Part shown: one piece after another, positions 1-10,443 of the stretch | Layout of the letters: each line of letters begins with the position of its first letter | Numbering within the stretch: position 1 is the stretch's first letter | Source: Bacteroidales bacterium | GTDB lineage: Bacteria > Bacteroidota > Bacteroidia > Bacteroidales > UBA10428 | NCBI GenBank assembly: GCA_016930375.1 | Contig: JAFGGU010000011.1 | Coordinates: 1,397-65,396, forward strand | Direction of reading: 5' to 3' | Length of the DNA: 64,000 nucleotides | Notes under the pieces: generated by a model | Seen by the model: only the letters and a program-made list of their open reading frames with translations | Told to the model about the DNA's origin: nothing | Database searches by the model: none | Translations under genes and position numbers: made by a program

Positions 1-821
1 ATGAAGCTGATGTGAAAAGCTGGTTTATCTTTAAGAACCGCCAGTGAATATTCGGCAATTTTGCGGCTGGAAAGTTCTGATGCCGATTCCCAAACAGCCT
101 GCGCAGCATCGTATTGACAAACGGCTACACATTGACCGCATCCCACGCATTTTTTGTAATCGATCCTGGCAATTTTATCAGCACCGACATGTATGGCATC
201 ATGGGCGCAATTGCGCTCACATACCCGACACCCGGTACAATTCTCAACAACAATCTTCGGGGAAGATGTGGAATGCAGTTCCAGTTTCCCGCCAACCGAG
301 GCGCATCCCATGCCCAGGTTTTTGAGTGTCCCGCCAAATCCGGTCAGCTCATGTCCCTTAAAATGGGTCATGGTAATCAGGATATCGGCATCTGCAATAG
401 CCTTTCCAATTTTAGCGGTCTTGCAATGTTCCAGGTGAACGGGGATTTCCACAAGATCTGTTCCGCGAAGTCCGTCGGCAATAATCACCGGACAATCAAC
501 AGCGAGAGGATTAAATCCATTCTCAAATGCAGCCCTGATATGATCCACAGCATTGGATCGCCGGCCATGGTAAAGGGTATTGCTATCGGTAAGGAAGGGT
601 TTGGCCCCTTTGCTCTTCAGGTAATTTACCAGGGTGGCCGCAAAGTTCGGCCTGATATAGGAAAGATTCCCGGGTTCCCCGAAATGAATCTTCACTGCCG
701 TGATCTTGTTGTCAAAATCAATGGTATCGATACCGGCTTTCCTGACGAGACTTTCCAGTTTCTTCAACAGGTTATTGGATGCATTGGCGCGGAGATCGGT
801 GAAATAGACTTGTGATGGCAT
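1..821 (-). CDS. DUF362-family Fe-S protein with 2x[4Fe-4S] ferredoxin insert (3' end runs off window)
   Basis: Not in the ORF track because no stop lies in the window. Manual translation from ATG at 821 gives MPSQVYFTDLRAN...AVKIHFGEPGNLSYIRP...TDSNTLY...HFKGHELTGFGGTLKNLGMGC, with two CxxCxxCxxxC motifs (CTGCRVCERNC, CVGCGQCVAVC). Confidence 0.85.
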   Translation of the reverse strand, partial: MPSQVYFTDLRANASNNLLKKLESLVRKAGIDTIDFDNKITAVKIHFGEPGNLSYIRPNFAATLVNYLKSKGAKPFLTDSNTLYHGRRSNAVDHIRAAFENGFNPLAVDCPVIIADGLRGTDLVEIPVHLEHCKTAKIGKAIADADILITMTHFKGHELTGFGGTLKNLGMGCASVGGKLELHSTSSPKIVVENCTGCRVCERNCAHDAIHVGADKIARIDYKKCVGCGQCVAVCQYDAAQAVWESASELSSRKIAEYSLAVLKDKPAFHISF

Positions 822-853
822 ACTTTGCTGGGTTATGAGGTTTATTTGATAAA

Positions 854-973
854 GTTGTGATTGTTGTGGTTGTTGTGATTGTTGTGGTTGTTGTGATTGT
901 TGTGGTTGTTGTGATTGTTGTGGTTGTTTCACATAAGAACTTTTACAACCAATACAACCCACAACCAACACAA
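854..973. repeat. 9-bp tandem array (TTGTTGTGR, strictly alternating A/G) followed by a degenerate inverted arm
   Basis: About 8 units at 854-928, then acaaccaatacaacccacaaccaacacaac at about 945-973 in reverse-complement sense. Confidence 0.95.
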
Positions 974-978
974 CATTT

Positions 979-1701
979 TCACCTTAATTCAAAATTCTTC
1001 CCCAGATAAACCCTTCTCACCTGTTCATCCTCGGCAAGCTCTTTGGAAGTGCCGGCCTTCAGGATCTCACCTTCGAAAAGCAGGTATGCCCTGTCAGTGA
1101 TGGAAAGGGTTTCATGCACATTGTGGTCGGTGATCAGGATGCCTATGTTTTTTTCCCGGAGCTTGGCAATAATTTCCTGGATATCCTCAACTGCAATGGG
1201 ATCCACGCCTGCAAAAGGCTCGTCGAGCAGGATAAAATTGGGTTTAAGCGCCAGTGCGCGTGCAATTTCCGTTCTGCGCCTTTCTCCACCTGAAAGCTGT
1301 ATCCCCAGGCTCTTTCGTATTTTCTGTAAACCAAACTCATTCAGCAGCGATTCGACCCTGAAATGTTGCTCTTCCCTGGATAGTTTGGTCATTTCAAGAA
1401 CAGCCCTGATGTTGTCCTCCACACTCAACCGGCGAAAAACCGAGGCTTCCTGCGCAAGGTAGCCGATTCCCTTCTGCGCACGACGGTATACGGGTTCATG
1501 CGTTATTTCCTCATCATCCAGGAATATTTTTCCCGAATTAGGCTGAATTAATCCCACGATCATGTAAAACGATGTGGTTTTCCCGGCCCCGTTAGGTCCC
1601 AGCAAACCGGCAATCTCTCCCTGCTCTACTTCAAACGACACGTCTTTTACCACCGTGCGGGTCCGGTAACGCTTAACCAGATTTTCAGTACGTAGTTTCA
1701 T
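979..1701 (-). CDS. lptB: LPS export ABC transporter ATP-binding protein LptB
   Basis: Walker [56 protein letters not shown]-terminal VRRVYLG. Confidence 0.95.
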   Translation of the reverse strand: MKLRTENLVKRYRTRTVVKDVSFEVEQGEIAGLLGPNGAGKTTSFYMIVGLIQPNSGKIFLDDEEITHEPVYRRAQKGIGYLAQEASVFRRLSVEDNIRAVLEMTKLSREEQHFRVESLLNEFGLQKIRKSLGIQLSGGERRRTEIARALALKPNFILLDEPFAGVDPIAVEDIQEIIAKLREKNIGILITDHNVHETLSITDRAYLLFEGEILKAGTSKELAEDEQVRRVYLGKNFELR

Positions 1702-1734
1702 GGTGTCCTAAAAAGTGAATGATCTCATCTGTAC

Positions 1735-2556
1735 TTATCCGGCAAGCATTTTAGCCTGCCGTCCTTTTTCAACCCGCTTCGACAAAAATATGCCGATTTC
1801 ATACAAAAACAGCATGGGCAATCCAACCAGAAGCTGCGTAAACATATCAGGCGTTGGGGTAATGATTCCGGCCAGGAGCAAAATAACGATCACGGCATGT
1901 TTTCGATAATGCTTTAAGAACGATGGCGTAACCAACCCTACCTTGCTCAGAAAATAAATCATCACGGGAAGCTCAAACAGTATTCCGCTGGCCAGCACAA
2001 CAGACGTTATCAAGGAATTGTATGAGGCCAGCGTTGGTATGTTCTTTACGATCTCACTCACATGGTAGTTGTACAGAAAGTTAATGGAAAAGGGCGTGAT
2101 CAGAAAATAGCCAAAGATAACTCCAACAAAGAAAAGTATGGTAATGTAAAACACAGCCCCGGTTGCATGTTTCTGCTCATTCTGGTAAAGTGCGGGTTTT
2201 ATAAAACGCCACAATTCAAAGAACATGTATGGAAACCCCAAAACCAGGCCAACCACCAGGCTGATTTTAATATGCGCTATAAACTGTCCGGCCACCTGTG
2301 TATTCTGCAATACCAGGGGTGTGGAATTAAAGCAGAGATTATCAATATGGATCCTTTGTCCCAACTGGCACAGTATGCGGTTTGTCCAAAAGTCGGGTTG
2401 ACTTGGACCCAGAAGTATAATATCAAATATGATCCGCTTGAATAAGAATGCCAGAATGCCAAATAAAACAATCGCAATCGCTGAACGAATGATGTGCCAC
2501 CTGAGCTCTTCAAGGTGCTCCAGAAACGTCATTTCCCCTTTTTCCTTTTCTTCCAT
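1735..2556 (-). CDS. tatC: Twin-arginine translocase subunit TatC
   Basis: EMTFLEHLEELR, ELWRFIKPALY, FELP, AGIITP, LYEIGI motifs; about 6 TM helices. ATG at 2556 preferred over TTG at 2562. Confidence 0.95.
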   Translation of the reverse strand: MEEKEKGEMTFLEHLEELRWHIIRSAIAIVLFGILAFLFKRIIFDIILLGPSQPDFWTNRILCQLGQRIHIDNLCFNSTPLVLQNTQVAGQFIAHIKISLVVGLVLGFPYMFFELWRFIKPALYQNEQKHATGAVFYITILFFVGVIFGYFLITPFSINFLYNYHVSEIVKNIPTLASYNSLITSVVLASGILFELPVMIYFLSKVGLVTPSFLKHYRKHAVIVILLLAGIITPTPDMFTQLLVGLPMLFLYEIGIFLSKRVEKGRQAKMLAG

Positions 2557-2820
2557 GTGCAATTTCCCAGTCAGATATGTGATATGTTAATAAAAATTAA
2601 AATGCCTTTTTGGGCATAGCGAAATAAGAAAAAAAATATTAATTTAGTTAGCAAATGAGATTATTATTTTAAGATTGCCTACAGACAGGCAATTCATGCC
2701 TGCAGGTTTATCGAACATTTGTATTTTCATTACGTATTACCCTGTTATTTTATATGATCTTTCTCCGGGGTTGATCAGGAGTGGCACTCTCAGGGGAATC
2801 AGATATAAATTGTAATAAAG

Positions 2821-5013
2821 ATGATTGTTGGCACCGAAATTTCATTATCAGAAATCTTAAAAAAGCATTTTGGTTTTACCAGTTTTAAGGGGAATCAGGA
2901 ATTCATCATCCGGAACGTCCTGGAAGGAAATGACACTTTTGTTTTAATGCCTACCGGGGGAGGAAAGTCATTGTGTTACCAGCTTCCAGCTCTAATCATG
3001 CCAGGCACAGCCGTTATCATTTCGCCCCTGATTGCGCTGATGAAGAACCAAGTGGATGCCATGCGCAGCTTCAGCGAAGAGGACGGCGTGGCGCATTTTA
3101 TGAATTCATCGCTCAATAAAGCCGCTATAACAAAAGTGAAGCACGATATCCTGGAAGGAAAGACCAAATTGCTTTACGTAGCTCCCGAATCACTTACCAA
3201 AGAAGAAAACATACAATTCCTGAAAAAGGTTAAAATTTCTTTTTACGCTATCGATGAAGCGCATTGCATATCGGAATGGGGTCATGATTTCCGCCCTGAA
3301 TACCGACGGATCAGGCCTATTATTAATGAAATCGGCACTGAACCCATCATCGCGTTAACGGCAACAGCTACTCCCAAAGTTCAGCATGATATACAGAAAA
3401 ACCTTGGAATGCTTGATGCCAGGGTTTTCAAATCATCATTCCGCAGACATAACCTCTATTACGAAGTAAGGCCCAAAAAGAACGTCACCAAGGAAATTAT
3501 CAAATACATCAAGAATAATGCAGGAAAATCGGGCATTATTTACTGCCTGAGCCGGAAGAAAGTAGAAGAGCTGGCTGAAACCCTGGCGGTTAACGGTATC
3601 AAAGCACTTCCTTATCATGCCGGGCTTGATTCTGCCACCCGGTCAAAAAACCAGGACAGCTTTCTGATGGAGGAAGCCGATGTTATTGTAGCCACCATTG
3701 CTTTTGGGATGGGTATCGATAAGCCTGACGTTCGCTTCGTGATCCATTATGATATTCCCAAAAGCCTTGAAGGATATTACCAGGAGACCGGCAGAGCGGG
3801 ACGCGATGGCGGTGAAGGTAAATGTATTGCCTTTTACAGCTACAAAGACATTCAGAAACTGGAAAAATTCATGCAGGGTAAGCCCATCGCCGAACAGGAG
3901 ATCGGGAAACAACTCCTCCTGGAAACTGTCGCCTATGCTGAATCCTCCGTATGCAGACCGAAACAGCTGCTGAATTATTTCGGAGAGGAAATGGCTGAAA
4001 ATTGCGATAACTGCGACAATTGTCTGCATCCCAAAAACCTGTTTGAAGGGAAGGATGATATTGCCCTGGCATTGAAAGCCATCCTGGAGGTTAAGGAGAA
4101 ATTCAAGTATGACCATATCGCCAGCATTCTGGCGGGAATTAAAACCGCTGCCATTAAATCATACAATCACCAGATGCTTGACTCTTTCGGCATCGGGAAG
4201 CACAAAGATATCAATTACTGGAGTATGGTGATCCGGCAGGCATTGATCAAAAGGCTGATCCAAAAGGATATTGAGAATTATGGATTGCTGAAACTTGATG
4301 AAAAGGGTCACGAATTTCTGAATAGCCCGGTTTCATTCATGTTGTCGGAAGACCATGATTATTCAGATACGGACGAGGAAGAAGAAAACTATGGGGGATC
4401 TGATAGACCCGGAACTGTTGATGAGGAACTTTTCACCATACTGAAAGGCTTGAGAAAGAAACACGCCAAACAACTGCAGTTACCACCCTTTGTCATCTTT
4501 CAGGATCCTTCCCTGGAAGACATGGCTATCCAGTACCCGATATCCATCGAGGAATTGCAGAATATCACCGGTGTGGGAGCAGGGAAAGCCAAAAGATACG
4601 GGGCAGAATTCATCAAGATCATCAAGAGTTATGTAGAGGAAAAGGAAATTATCCGGCCCCAGGATATGGTTGTCAAATCGATTGTAAATAAATCCAATTT
4701 AAAAGTATTTATCATACAGAGCATTGACCGCCAGATGGATTTCCAGGACATTGCCTCGGCAAAAAACATTGACATGGGTACTTTGCTCGATGAAATTGAA
4801 GCAATTGTTAATTCGGGGACCAAAATTAATATCGACTACTACCTGAACAGTATCATGGAGGAGGATCATCAGCAGGATATTTACAATTATTTCATGGAGG
4901 AGGCCGAAGATGAATCCGTTGAAAATGCATTGCAGGAGCTGGGTGAAGATAACTATACCGAGGAAGAAGTCCGGCTGATGCGCATCAAGTTCATGTCGGA
5001 GTTGGGAAACTAG
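2821..5013 (+). CDS. recQ: ATP-dependent DNA helicase RecQ (Bacteroidota type, with HRDC and C-terminal extension)
   Basis: MPTGGGKSLCYQLPA, DEAHCISEWGHDFRPEY, ATIAFGMGIDKPDVR, QETGRAGRDG, Zn-binding CR...CDNCDNC, HRDC region. Confidence 0.96.
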   Translation: MIVGTEISLSEILKKHFGFTSFKGNQEFIIRNVLEGNDTFVLMPTGGGKSLCYQLPALIMPGTAVIISPLIALMKNQVDAMRSFSEEDGVAHFMNSSLNKAAITKVKHDILEGKTKLLYVAPESLTKEENIQFLKKVKISFYAIDEAHCISEWGHDFRPEYRRIRPIINEIGTEPIIALTATATPKVQHDIQKNLGMLDARVFKSSFRRHNLYYEVRPKKNVTKEIIKYIKNNAGKSGIIYCLSRKKVEELAETLAVNGIKALPYHAGLDSATRSKNQDSFLMEEADVIVATIAFGMGIDKPDVRFVIHYDIPKSLEGYYQETGRAGRDGGEGKCIAFYSYKDIQKLEKFMQGKPIAEQEIGKQLLLETVAYAESSVCRPKQLLNYFGEEMAENCDNCDNCLHPKNLFEGKDDIALALKAILEVKEKFKYDHIASILAGIKTAAIKSYNHQMLDSFGIGKHKDINYWSMVIRQALIKRLIQKDIENYGLLKLDEKGHEFLNSPVSFMLSEDHDYSDTDEEEENYGGSDRPGTVDEELFTILKGLRKKHAKQLQLPPFVIFQDPSLEDMAIQYPISIEELQNITGVGAGKAKRYGAEFIKIIKSYVEEKEIIRPQDMVVKSIVNKSNLKVFIIQSIDRQMDFQDIASAKNIDMGTLLDEIEAIVNSGTKINIDYYLNSIMEEDHQQDIYNYFMEEAEDESVENALQELGEDNYTEEEVRLMRIKFMSELGN

Positions 5014-6127
5014 GCCCGGTTCGTCTTCCCTTCCAGGTAAACCCGGAAAAAATGCCGGCTATGGCAAACAAAACCGTATAAAAAGGATACACCAATTCAT
5101 ACAGCAAGAACCATCCTTCAGGAAGGTTCTTGCCGTAAAACCGGAGAAAGCCCTTTAAAAAACCCATATCGGTCAGAAGTTTTACCATATACATAACGGG
5201 GAATAGCCATACATTGAACCCTGTTACCAGTAAGATCAGGGCATGCAAAACCGATAAATTCACCAGGAAAACCAAAAAGGATGTGTAAAGTATGTCGAAA
5301 TCCCTGTAATAGGGTGCTTTGGAGACCCATCGTTTACGTTGCTGAAAAAAATCTTTTAGGGTTGTGGCGCCCCTTGTAGTTGCAATTGCCTGGAACGTCT
5401 TGGCCAAAACAATACGTTTTCCGGGGTTTCGCTTAAGCTCATGCATGAAGAGCGTATCCTCACCGGAAGGTATTTTTTGCTTCATGGGATCAGTGAACGC
5501 CAGGAAAGAGCTCTTCCTGTAAGCCAGGCAGGCACCGTTGCAGTATATCGGATGATTCGCAGCTGCGGCGCCGGCTCCCGCAGCAACAAGACTCAAAAAT
5601 TCAATCTCCTGAAATCTGCCAAAGAAGTTGTCGGCTGAAACCATATCCACCAATCCCACGATCAAATCAGCATCCATCTCCCGGTAAGCCTGCGCCATAG
5701 CTGTCAGCCAGTTTTCACGCAGAGTGCAATCCGCATCAGTGGTTACGATAAGGTCGTAAGCTGCATCCCGGACACCCTTCATCATGGCCGACTTCTTTCC
5801 GGTTTCGAAGGCATCATTATGCAGCAGCCGGAAATTCCGATGTTCTTCACAAAATTTCTGAACCAGCCCTTCTGATCCGTCCTCAGAGTGATCATTCACC
5901 AGGATCACTTCATAGCCTTGTTCGGGGTAGTTTTGCGACAACAACAAAACCAGCAATGTATTCAGGTTACTTAATTCATTTCGAAAGGCAATGACAACGC
6001 TTATTTTTACGGAACCCGGAAGTGAAAGCTCAAGCTCGGGATGATGCGCCCACTTGTGGTTATAATACAAGATTTTAAGCACATACAGGACCAGCAACAG
6101 CAGGGATAGGATCGTCAAAACATTCAT
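4991..6127 (-). CDS. Family 2 glycosyltransferase, membrane-anchored
   Basis: SVVIAFRNE, VNDHSED, TTDADC (DxD), GED and QQRKRW motifs; N- and C-terminal TM helices. Confidence 0.88.
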   Translation of the reverse strand: MNVLTILSLLLLVLYVLKILYYNHKWAHHPELELSLPGSVKISVVIAFRNELSNLNTLLVLLLSQNYPEQGYEVILVNDHSEDGSEGLVQKFCEEHRNFRLLHNDAFETGKKSAMMKGVRDAAYDLIVTTDADCTLRENWLTAMAQAYREMDADLIVGLVDMVSADNFFGRFQEIEFLSLVAAGAGAAAANHPIYCNGACLAYRKSSFLAFTDPMKQKIPSGEDTLFMHELKRNPGKRIVLAKTFQAIATTRGATTLKDFFQQRKRWVSKAPYYRDFDILYTSFLVFLVNLSVLHALILLVTGFNVWLFPVMYMVKLLTDMGFLKGFLRFYGKNLPEGWFLLYELVYPFYTVLFAIAGIFSGFTWKGRRTGPSFPTPT

Positions 6128-6146
6128 GCAATTTCAGGCATTCAGA

Positions 6147-8612
6147 TCAGGAATTCTTGACAGACAGCCACTTATCAATTTTTTCGTAGAGTTCACTGAT
6201 ATTCACAGGTTTGGTTATGAAATCGTCGCAACCAGCTTCGAGACACCGGAGTCTTTCTTCGTTAATGGCGTTGGCTGTTTGTGCTATGATGGGGATATCC
6301 TTGTTGAATTTTTTGATTTCCTCGGTGGCCGTGAGGCCATTCATCTCAGGCATCTGAATATCCATGAGGACCAGATCGATGTTGCTGTTATTCCGGCAGA
6401 TTTCCACTGCCTCGCGCCCATCAGCAGCCCTTATGACATTGGCCTTTGTCTGTTTTAAAAAACCTTCCAGAAATTTATAGCTGAATTTATCATCCTCGGC
6501 AATAAGAAATAGTTTGCCTTCCCAGCTGAGATGTGACCGGGCATGCTTACCCTCCGGATGATCCTCAATTTTACGGGTAACAGGAATAAAAGGTACTGTA
6601 AAACTGAAAGTTGAACCCTCATTGGGAACAGATTCGGCCCACATTTTTCCTCCCAGCAACTCCACCAGACCTTTTGAAATGGCAAGTCCCAGTCCCGACC
6701 CGCCGTACTTTCGGGAAGGTGAATTATCTGCCTGGATAAACCTTTCAAAAATGATCTGCAGTTTGTCGGGAGATATCCCTATTCCCGTATCTCTGACATA
6801 AAACTTCAGGTAATTGTTCTCTTCAAGCTCATAGCCAAATTCAATGTATCCCTTATGGGTGAATTTAATGGCATTGCCAACCAGATTGGTCAGTATCTGC
6901 CTCAGTTTGATGGGATCAGTGCGTATATAAGATTTTTCATCCGGGAAAGGCTTTTTGGTCACAATTCTTACCTTGGATTTATCCCTTCTCAGGCTTCGGG
7001 TGAGAAAGGTCGATTGCACCTGGTTGAGCAAATTATTCAATGAGAATTCATCCTGTACAATATTTGCCTGTCCCGATTCGATTTTGGCAAAATCAATGAT
7101 ATCATCAATCAGGCTGATGAGCATCTTTCCATTGCTGTTGATGATATTCAGATATTTCTTCCGGTTGGTATAACTTAATGTATTGTCATTCAGCATCTCG
7201 GCAAAGCCAAGTATACCATTCATGGGTGTGCGGATCTCATGCGACATGTTGGCAAGAAAGGCCGTTTTGAGCTTATCTGATTCTTCCGCCTTGTCTTTGG
7301 CTTTAACAAGTTCATATTCAAGCTGACTACGGTGCAGAGCAACGGAAACCTGGTGCACAAAAGTCTCGATGATATGCTTGAACTTAATAATGCTTTTATT
7401 CAGGGTGAAAATGGTGATATATCCCAGCAGCCGGTTATCCTTGGCCATGGTAATGCTATAGGCCTTATGCATTCGGATCAGTTCCTTGATCTTAAATAGA
7501 TTTTCAAGTACAAGATCACCAATGCTGGTTTCGAACAGTTCCTCCTTCAGGGTAATTACCATACCTGCATTTTCGGATGACAAAGCCATTTCTGACGCGG
7601 GAAAAGTCAACCCCACGATCGGATGCTTCAGTAATTCCTCAACCTGTTCGGTGTAGGGTTCAAGGCCTGAGAAACTCTCGACTACCACTGATTTAGCCTC
7701 CTCGTTGTATGAACTTACAATAACAACAGCACTCTCGAGAAAGGCTGCCAGTTTTTCGGGAATATAACGATATATTTCGTCTCTGGAAGACAACCCAAGC
7801 AGTTCAAGGGCTGAATTGCTTAAAAATATTAAATTGTCATGATATACTCTTTCCTTCAGTTCTGACATTTTACGGTCAGAAACATCTCTTGAATTGACAA
7901 TGATCCCTTTAATGGCAGGATTATCAAGCTGATTTGAAAAAATACTTTCAACGTATATCCATCTTTTGTTCTTATGCAGACTCCTGTATTCTTTTTTGAT
8001 CTGCTTTCCGGGATTGACAAGAGCCTCTTTAAATGCCGCATTAACCTGGCCGACATCATCGGGATGCACGATATCAAAAAAAGACTTGTGCAAAAGCTCT
8101 TCAATATCAAAATCCGAAATCTTGTTTCTTTCAGAGCTTTCGAAAATAATTTTGCCCTTGCGGTCAATGATGGAGATCGCATCAGAGGAATTCTGCAAAA
8201 GCGCCCTGAACTGTTCCTCTCTTTCGTGCATGGACTTTTCCATCCAGGTGCTGTCGGAAATCTCCCTGGAAATTCCGGCAATACCGATTACATTCCCCTG
8301 TTGATCCAAAACAGGTGTTTTAAAGGTTTCAAAATGAGAGATCCCCGACGTTAGATCCTGGATCTGCTCAACAAAATGTCTCTTCCTGGTTCGTTTAACC
8401 TCCTCATCATTCCGGTGAAACTCAAGTGCCTTTTCCCTGGAACACAGATCAAAGTCCGTCTTTCCGATAATTTGATCGGGTTGAGTATTGTAAAGATCGG
8501 CAAAAGACTGATTTACCACGATATACTTACCTTCATCGTCCTTGAGCCAGGCCAGATAGGGTATATTGTCCAATATAGCCTGTCGCAAATCACTCTCTTT
8601 CTGTTTTGCCAT
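6147..8612 (-). CDS. Cytoplasmic hybrid sensor histidine kinase (2 PAS, GAF-like, HisKA, HATPase, REC)
   Basis: PAS motifs (VNQSF, VHPDD), H-box FLANMSHEIRTPMN, NLVGNAIKFT, DTGIGI, GGSGLGLAI, receiver LMDIQMPEMNG. No TM segment seen. Confidence 0.92.
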   Translation of the reverse strand: MAKQKESDLRQAILDNIPYLAWLKDDEGKYIVVNQSFADLYNTQPDQIIGKTDFDLCSREKALEFHRNDEEVKRTRKRHFVEQIQDLTSGISHFETFKTPVLDQQGNVIGIAGISREISDSTWMEKSMHEREEQFRALLQNSSDAISIIDRKGKIIFESSERNKISDFDIEELLHKSFFDIVHPDDVGQVNAAFKEALVNPGKQIKKEYRSLHKNKRWIYVESIFSNQLDNPAIKGIIVNSRDVSDRKMSELKERVYHDNLIFLSNSALELLGLSSRDEIYRYIPEKLAAFLESAVVIVSSYNEEAKSVVVESFSGLEPYTEQVEELLKHPIVGLTFPASEMALSSENAGMVITLKEELFETSIGDLVLENLFKIKELIRMHKAYSITMAKDNRLLGYITIFTLNKSIIKFKHIIETFVHQVSVALHRSQLEYELVKAKDKAEESDKLKTAFLANMSHEIRTPMNGILGFAEMLNDNTLSYTNRKKYLNIINSNGKMLISLIDDIIDFAKIESGQANIVQDEFSLNNLLNQVQSTFLTRSLRRDKSKVRIVTKKPFPDEKSYIRTDPIKLRQILTNLVGNAIKFTHKGYIEFGYELEENNYLKFYVRDTGIGISPDKLQIIFERFIQADNSPSRKYGGSGLGLAISKGLVELLGGKMWAESVPNEGSTFSFTVPFIPVTRKIEDHPEGKHARSHLSWEGKLFLIAEDDKFSYKFLEGFLKQTKANVIRAADGREAVEICRNNSNIDLVLMDIQMPEMNGLTATEEIKKFNKDIPIIAQTANAINEERLRCLEAGCDDFITKPVNISELYEKIDKWLSVKNS

Positions 8613-8639
8613 GTCATCCTCCTGAAATAATAGGTTTGA

Positions 8640-9254
8640 TTACTCCTTTTTTCGCCTGTTTATTTCATCCCGGATCTGTGAGGCTTTTTCATAATTCTCC
8701 TCCATGATGGCGTCGTTGAGCAATTCCTGAAGTTCCTGCAGATTGCTCTTTCTCAGGTCATCAGCAAAAGAGGGATCCTGTACGTGAATGCTTTTGGGCG
8801 TTGCTGCCGGATCTCCACCGGTCTGTACTGCAGCTTCTTTTTCAAAATCGAGGATTATCCCGGCTTTTTTAAGGATCTCCTCTGTTGTATAAATGGGGCA
8901 TTTAAAACGCAAAGCAAGCGCAATGGCATCCGAAGTCCTTGCATCAATTTCGATGATGCGCTGACCGTTATCGCAGGTCAGCTTGGAATAGAAAACACCT
9001 TCCTCCAGCTTATATACTGTAATTTCGAGCAGATCGATATTAAAGGTATGAGCAAAATTAAGGAACAGATCGTGGGTCAGGGGCCGGGGTGGTTTCAATC
9101 CCTCCAACTGTATTGCAATGGCCTGTGCCTCAAAACCTCCGACAATAATCGGGATTCTTCGACGCCCGTTCTCTTCCGCCAGGACCAAGGCATAAGCACC
9201 GGTTTGTGTTTGACTGTATGAAATACCCAGGACGTTGAGTTTAACTTTGTTCAT
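8640..9254 (-). CDS. Bifunctional nuclease (DUF151) family protein with C-terminal UVR domain
   Basis: IPIIVGGFEAQAIA, PRPLTHDLF, IDARTSDAIALALR, C-terminal ENYEKASQIRDEI. Confidence 0.9.
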   Translation of the reverse strand: MNKVKLNVLGISYSQTQTGAYALVLAEENGRRRIPIIVGGFEAQAIAIQLEGLKPPRPLTHDLFLNFAHTFNIDLLEITVYKLEEGVFYSKLTCDNGQRIIEIDARTSDAIALALRFKCPIYTTEEILKKAGIILDFEKEAAVQTGGDPAATPKSIHVQDPSFADDLRKSNLQELQELLNDAIMEENYEKASQIRDEINRRKKE

Positions 9255-9396
9255 TATCTCTGGTCAGGTAATTTTGTTTAATACACAAATATAATGATTT
9301 CATCTATTCCGCCCTCAGAATTCCAAAAGTGCAATTTTGATCTCCTTATTAATATAAGGTTTCCCGGTTTATTTTTATCTTAATTTACCTATTTAT

Positions 9397-9427
9397 TTTG
9401 CAGTTAAGCCAAAGTTTTATATTTTTG
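9397..9427 (+). promoter_or_regulatory. Bacteroidota housekeeping promoter (-33 TTTG / -7 TAnnTTTG) for rplU-rpmA
   Basis: TTTG at 9397-9400 and TATTTTTG at 9420-9427, 19 bp apart and about 32 bp before the rplU ATG. Confidence 0.65.
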
Positions 9428-9459
9428 CACACCCAAAATAAAACTGAAATTTTATACAG

Positions 9460-10056
9460 ATGTACGCAATAGTAAGCATAGCCGGGCAACAATTCAAGGT
9501 TGAAAAAGGGAATAAAGTGTTTGTTCACAAGCTTCCTGGTGAGATTGGCGATGAAGTCAGTTTTGACAAAGTGCTTCTCATCAGCAATGACGAAAAAGTC
9601 AATGTAGGCGCACCTTATCTTCCTGAAGCAGTTGTTGTTGCACAGATTGTTTCCCAGGTAAGAGGCGACAAAGTATTGGTTTTTAAGAAGAAAAGAAGAA
9701 AAGGATACCAGAAGCTAAACGGTCACAGGCAATATTTCACACAAATTCTGATTGAGGAAATCTCAGAAGCAGGTGTTTCAAGACCATTAAAGAAAAAAGC
9801 CGCCGATCCCGGTAAAGAAGCTCCTTCTAAAACCGCTGCACCCGTTGTAAAAGCTGAAAAGGCTGAAAAGCCTGTTAAACAGGAGAAAGCTGAAAAAGCA
9901 GCAACTCCCAAAGCAGCTCCCAAAAAGGCAGCCCCCAAAACCGCCGGCGAAGAAAAGCCCAAAAAGGCCCCTGCAAAAAAAGCAGCCCCGGCCGCTGAAA
10001 AAAAACCTGCCGCTAAAAAGCCTGCCGCCAAAAGCGAAGGCAAATCCAAGAAGTAA
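9460..10056 (+). CDS. rplU: 50S ribosomal protein bL21 with long Lys/Ala/Pro-rich C-terminal tail
   Basis: [14 protein letters not shown]...[24 protein letters not shown]; adjacent to rpmA. Confidence 0.97.
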   Translation: MYAIVSIAGQQFKVEKGNKVFVHKLPGEIGDEVSFDKVLLISNDEKVNVGAPYLPEAVVVAQIVSQVRGDKVLVFKKKRRKGYQKLNGHRQYFTQILIEEISEAGVSRPLKKKAADPGKEAPSKTAAPVVKAEKAEKPVKQEKAEKAATPKAAPKKAAPKTAGEEKPKKAPAKKAAPAAEKKPAAKKPAAKSEGKSKK

Positions 10057-10083
10057 GTTAAACCATATAATAAACTGTAATCC

Positions 10084-10344
10084 ATGGCACACAAAAAAGG
10101 AGCCGGAAGTTCAAGAAATGGACGTGAATCACACAGCCAGAGGCTGGGCATCAAGATATACGGAGGCGCTGAGGTAAAGGCCGGCAACATACTGGTCCGG
10201 CAGCGCGGCACTGTTCATAATCCCGGTGATAATGTCGGAATTGGCAAGGATCATACTTTATATGCTTTGGTTGACGGTAAGGTTGAATATTACCGCAAAA
10301 AGGACGATCGTTCCTATGTTACCGTCCACCCGCTGAGCGAATAA
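10084..10344 (+). CDS. rpmA: 50S ribosomal protein bL27
   Basis: [35 protein letters not shown]. Confidence 0.98.
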   Translation: MAHKKGAGSSRNGRESHSQRLGIKIYGGAEVKAGNILVRQRGTVHNPGDNVGIGKDHTLYALVDGKVEYYRKKDDRSYVTVHPLSE

Positions 10345-10369
10345 GTAGCGCAAAGGATAAAAACATCAG

Positions 10370-10424
10370 TCCCCTGCACTTAAACCGGATTTCGGTTTAT
10401 AGTTCAGGGGATTTTTCTATTTTT
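10370..10424 (+). terminator. Probable intrinsic terminator after rpmA
   Basis: Extended hairpin tcccctg..taaaccg-gattt-cggttta..cagggga followed by a T-rich tract. Confidence 0.6.
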
Positions 10425-10443
10425 GTACAAATCCCTTGTGTAA

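Noticed and set aside
114-815. 233-aa plus-strand ORF in the ORF track
   Set aside because: Antisense shadow of the minus-strand DUF362 Fe-S gene, which has clear motifs; this ORF has none.
915-1100. 61-aa ORF starting in the 9-mer repeat
   Set aside because: Derived from repeat sequence and antisense to lptB; no coding signal.
2674-2693. Small hairpin attgcct-acagac-aggcaat in the tatC/recQ divergent region
   Set aside because: Single 7-bp stem with no U-tract and no second copy in the window; may be a degenerate REP but cannot be supported.
4991-5013. Convergent 3' overlaps (recQ/GT2; also 20090-20093 and 23867-23870)
   Set aside because: Short tail-to-tail overlaps are common in compact genomes; no sign of special function.
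9723-10211. Antisense ORFs (162 and 101 aa) over rplU/rpmA
   Set aside because: Artefacts of the low-complexity Lys/Ala codons on the opposite strand.
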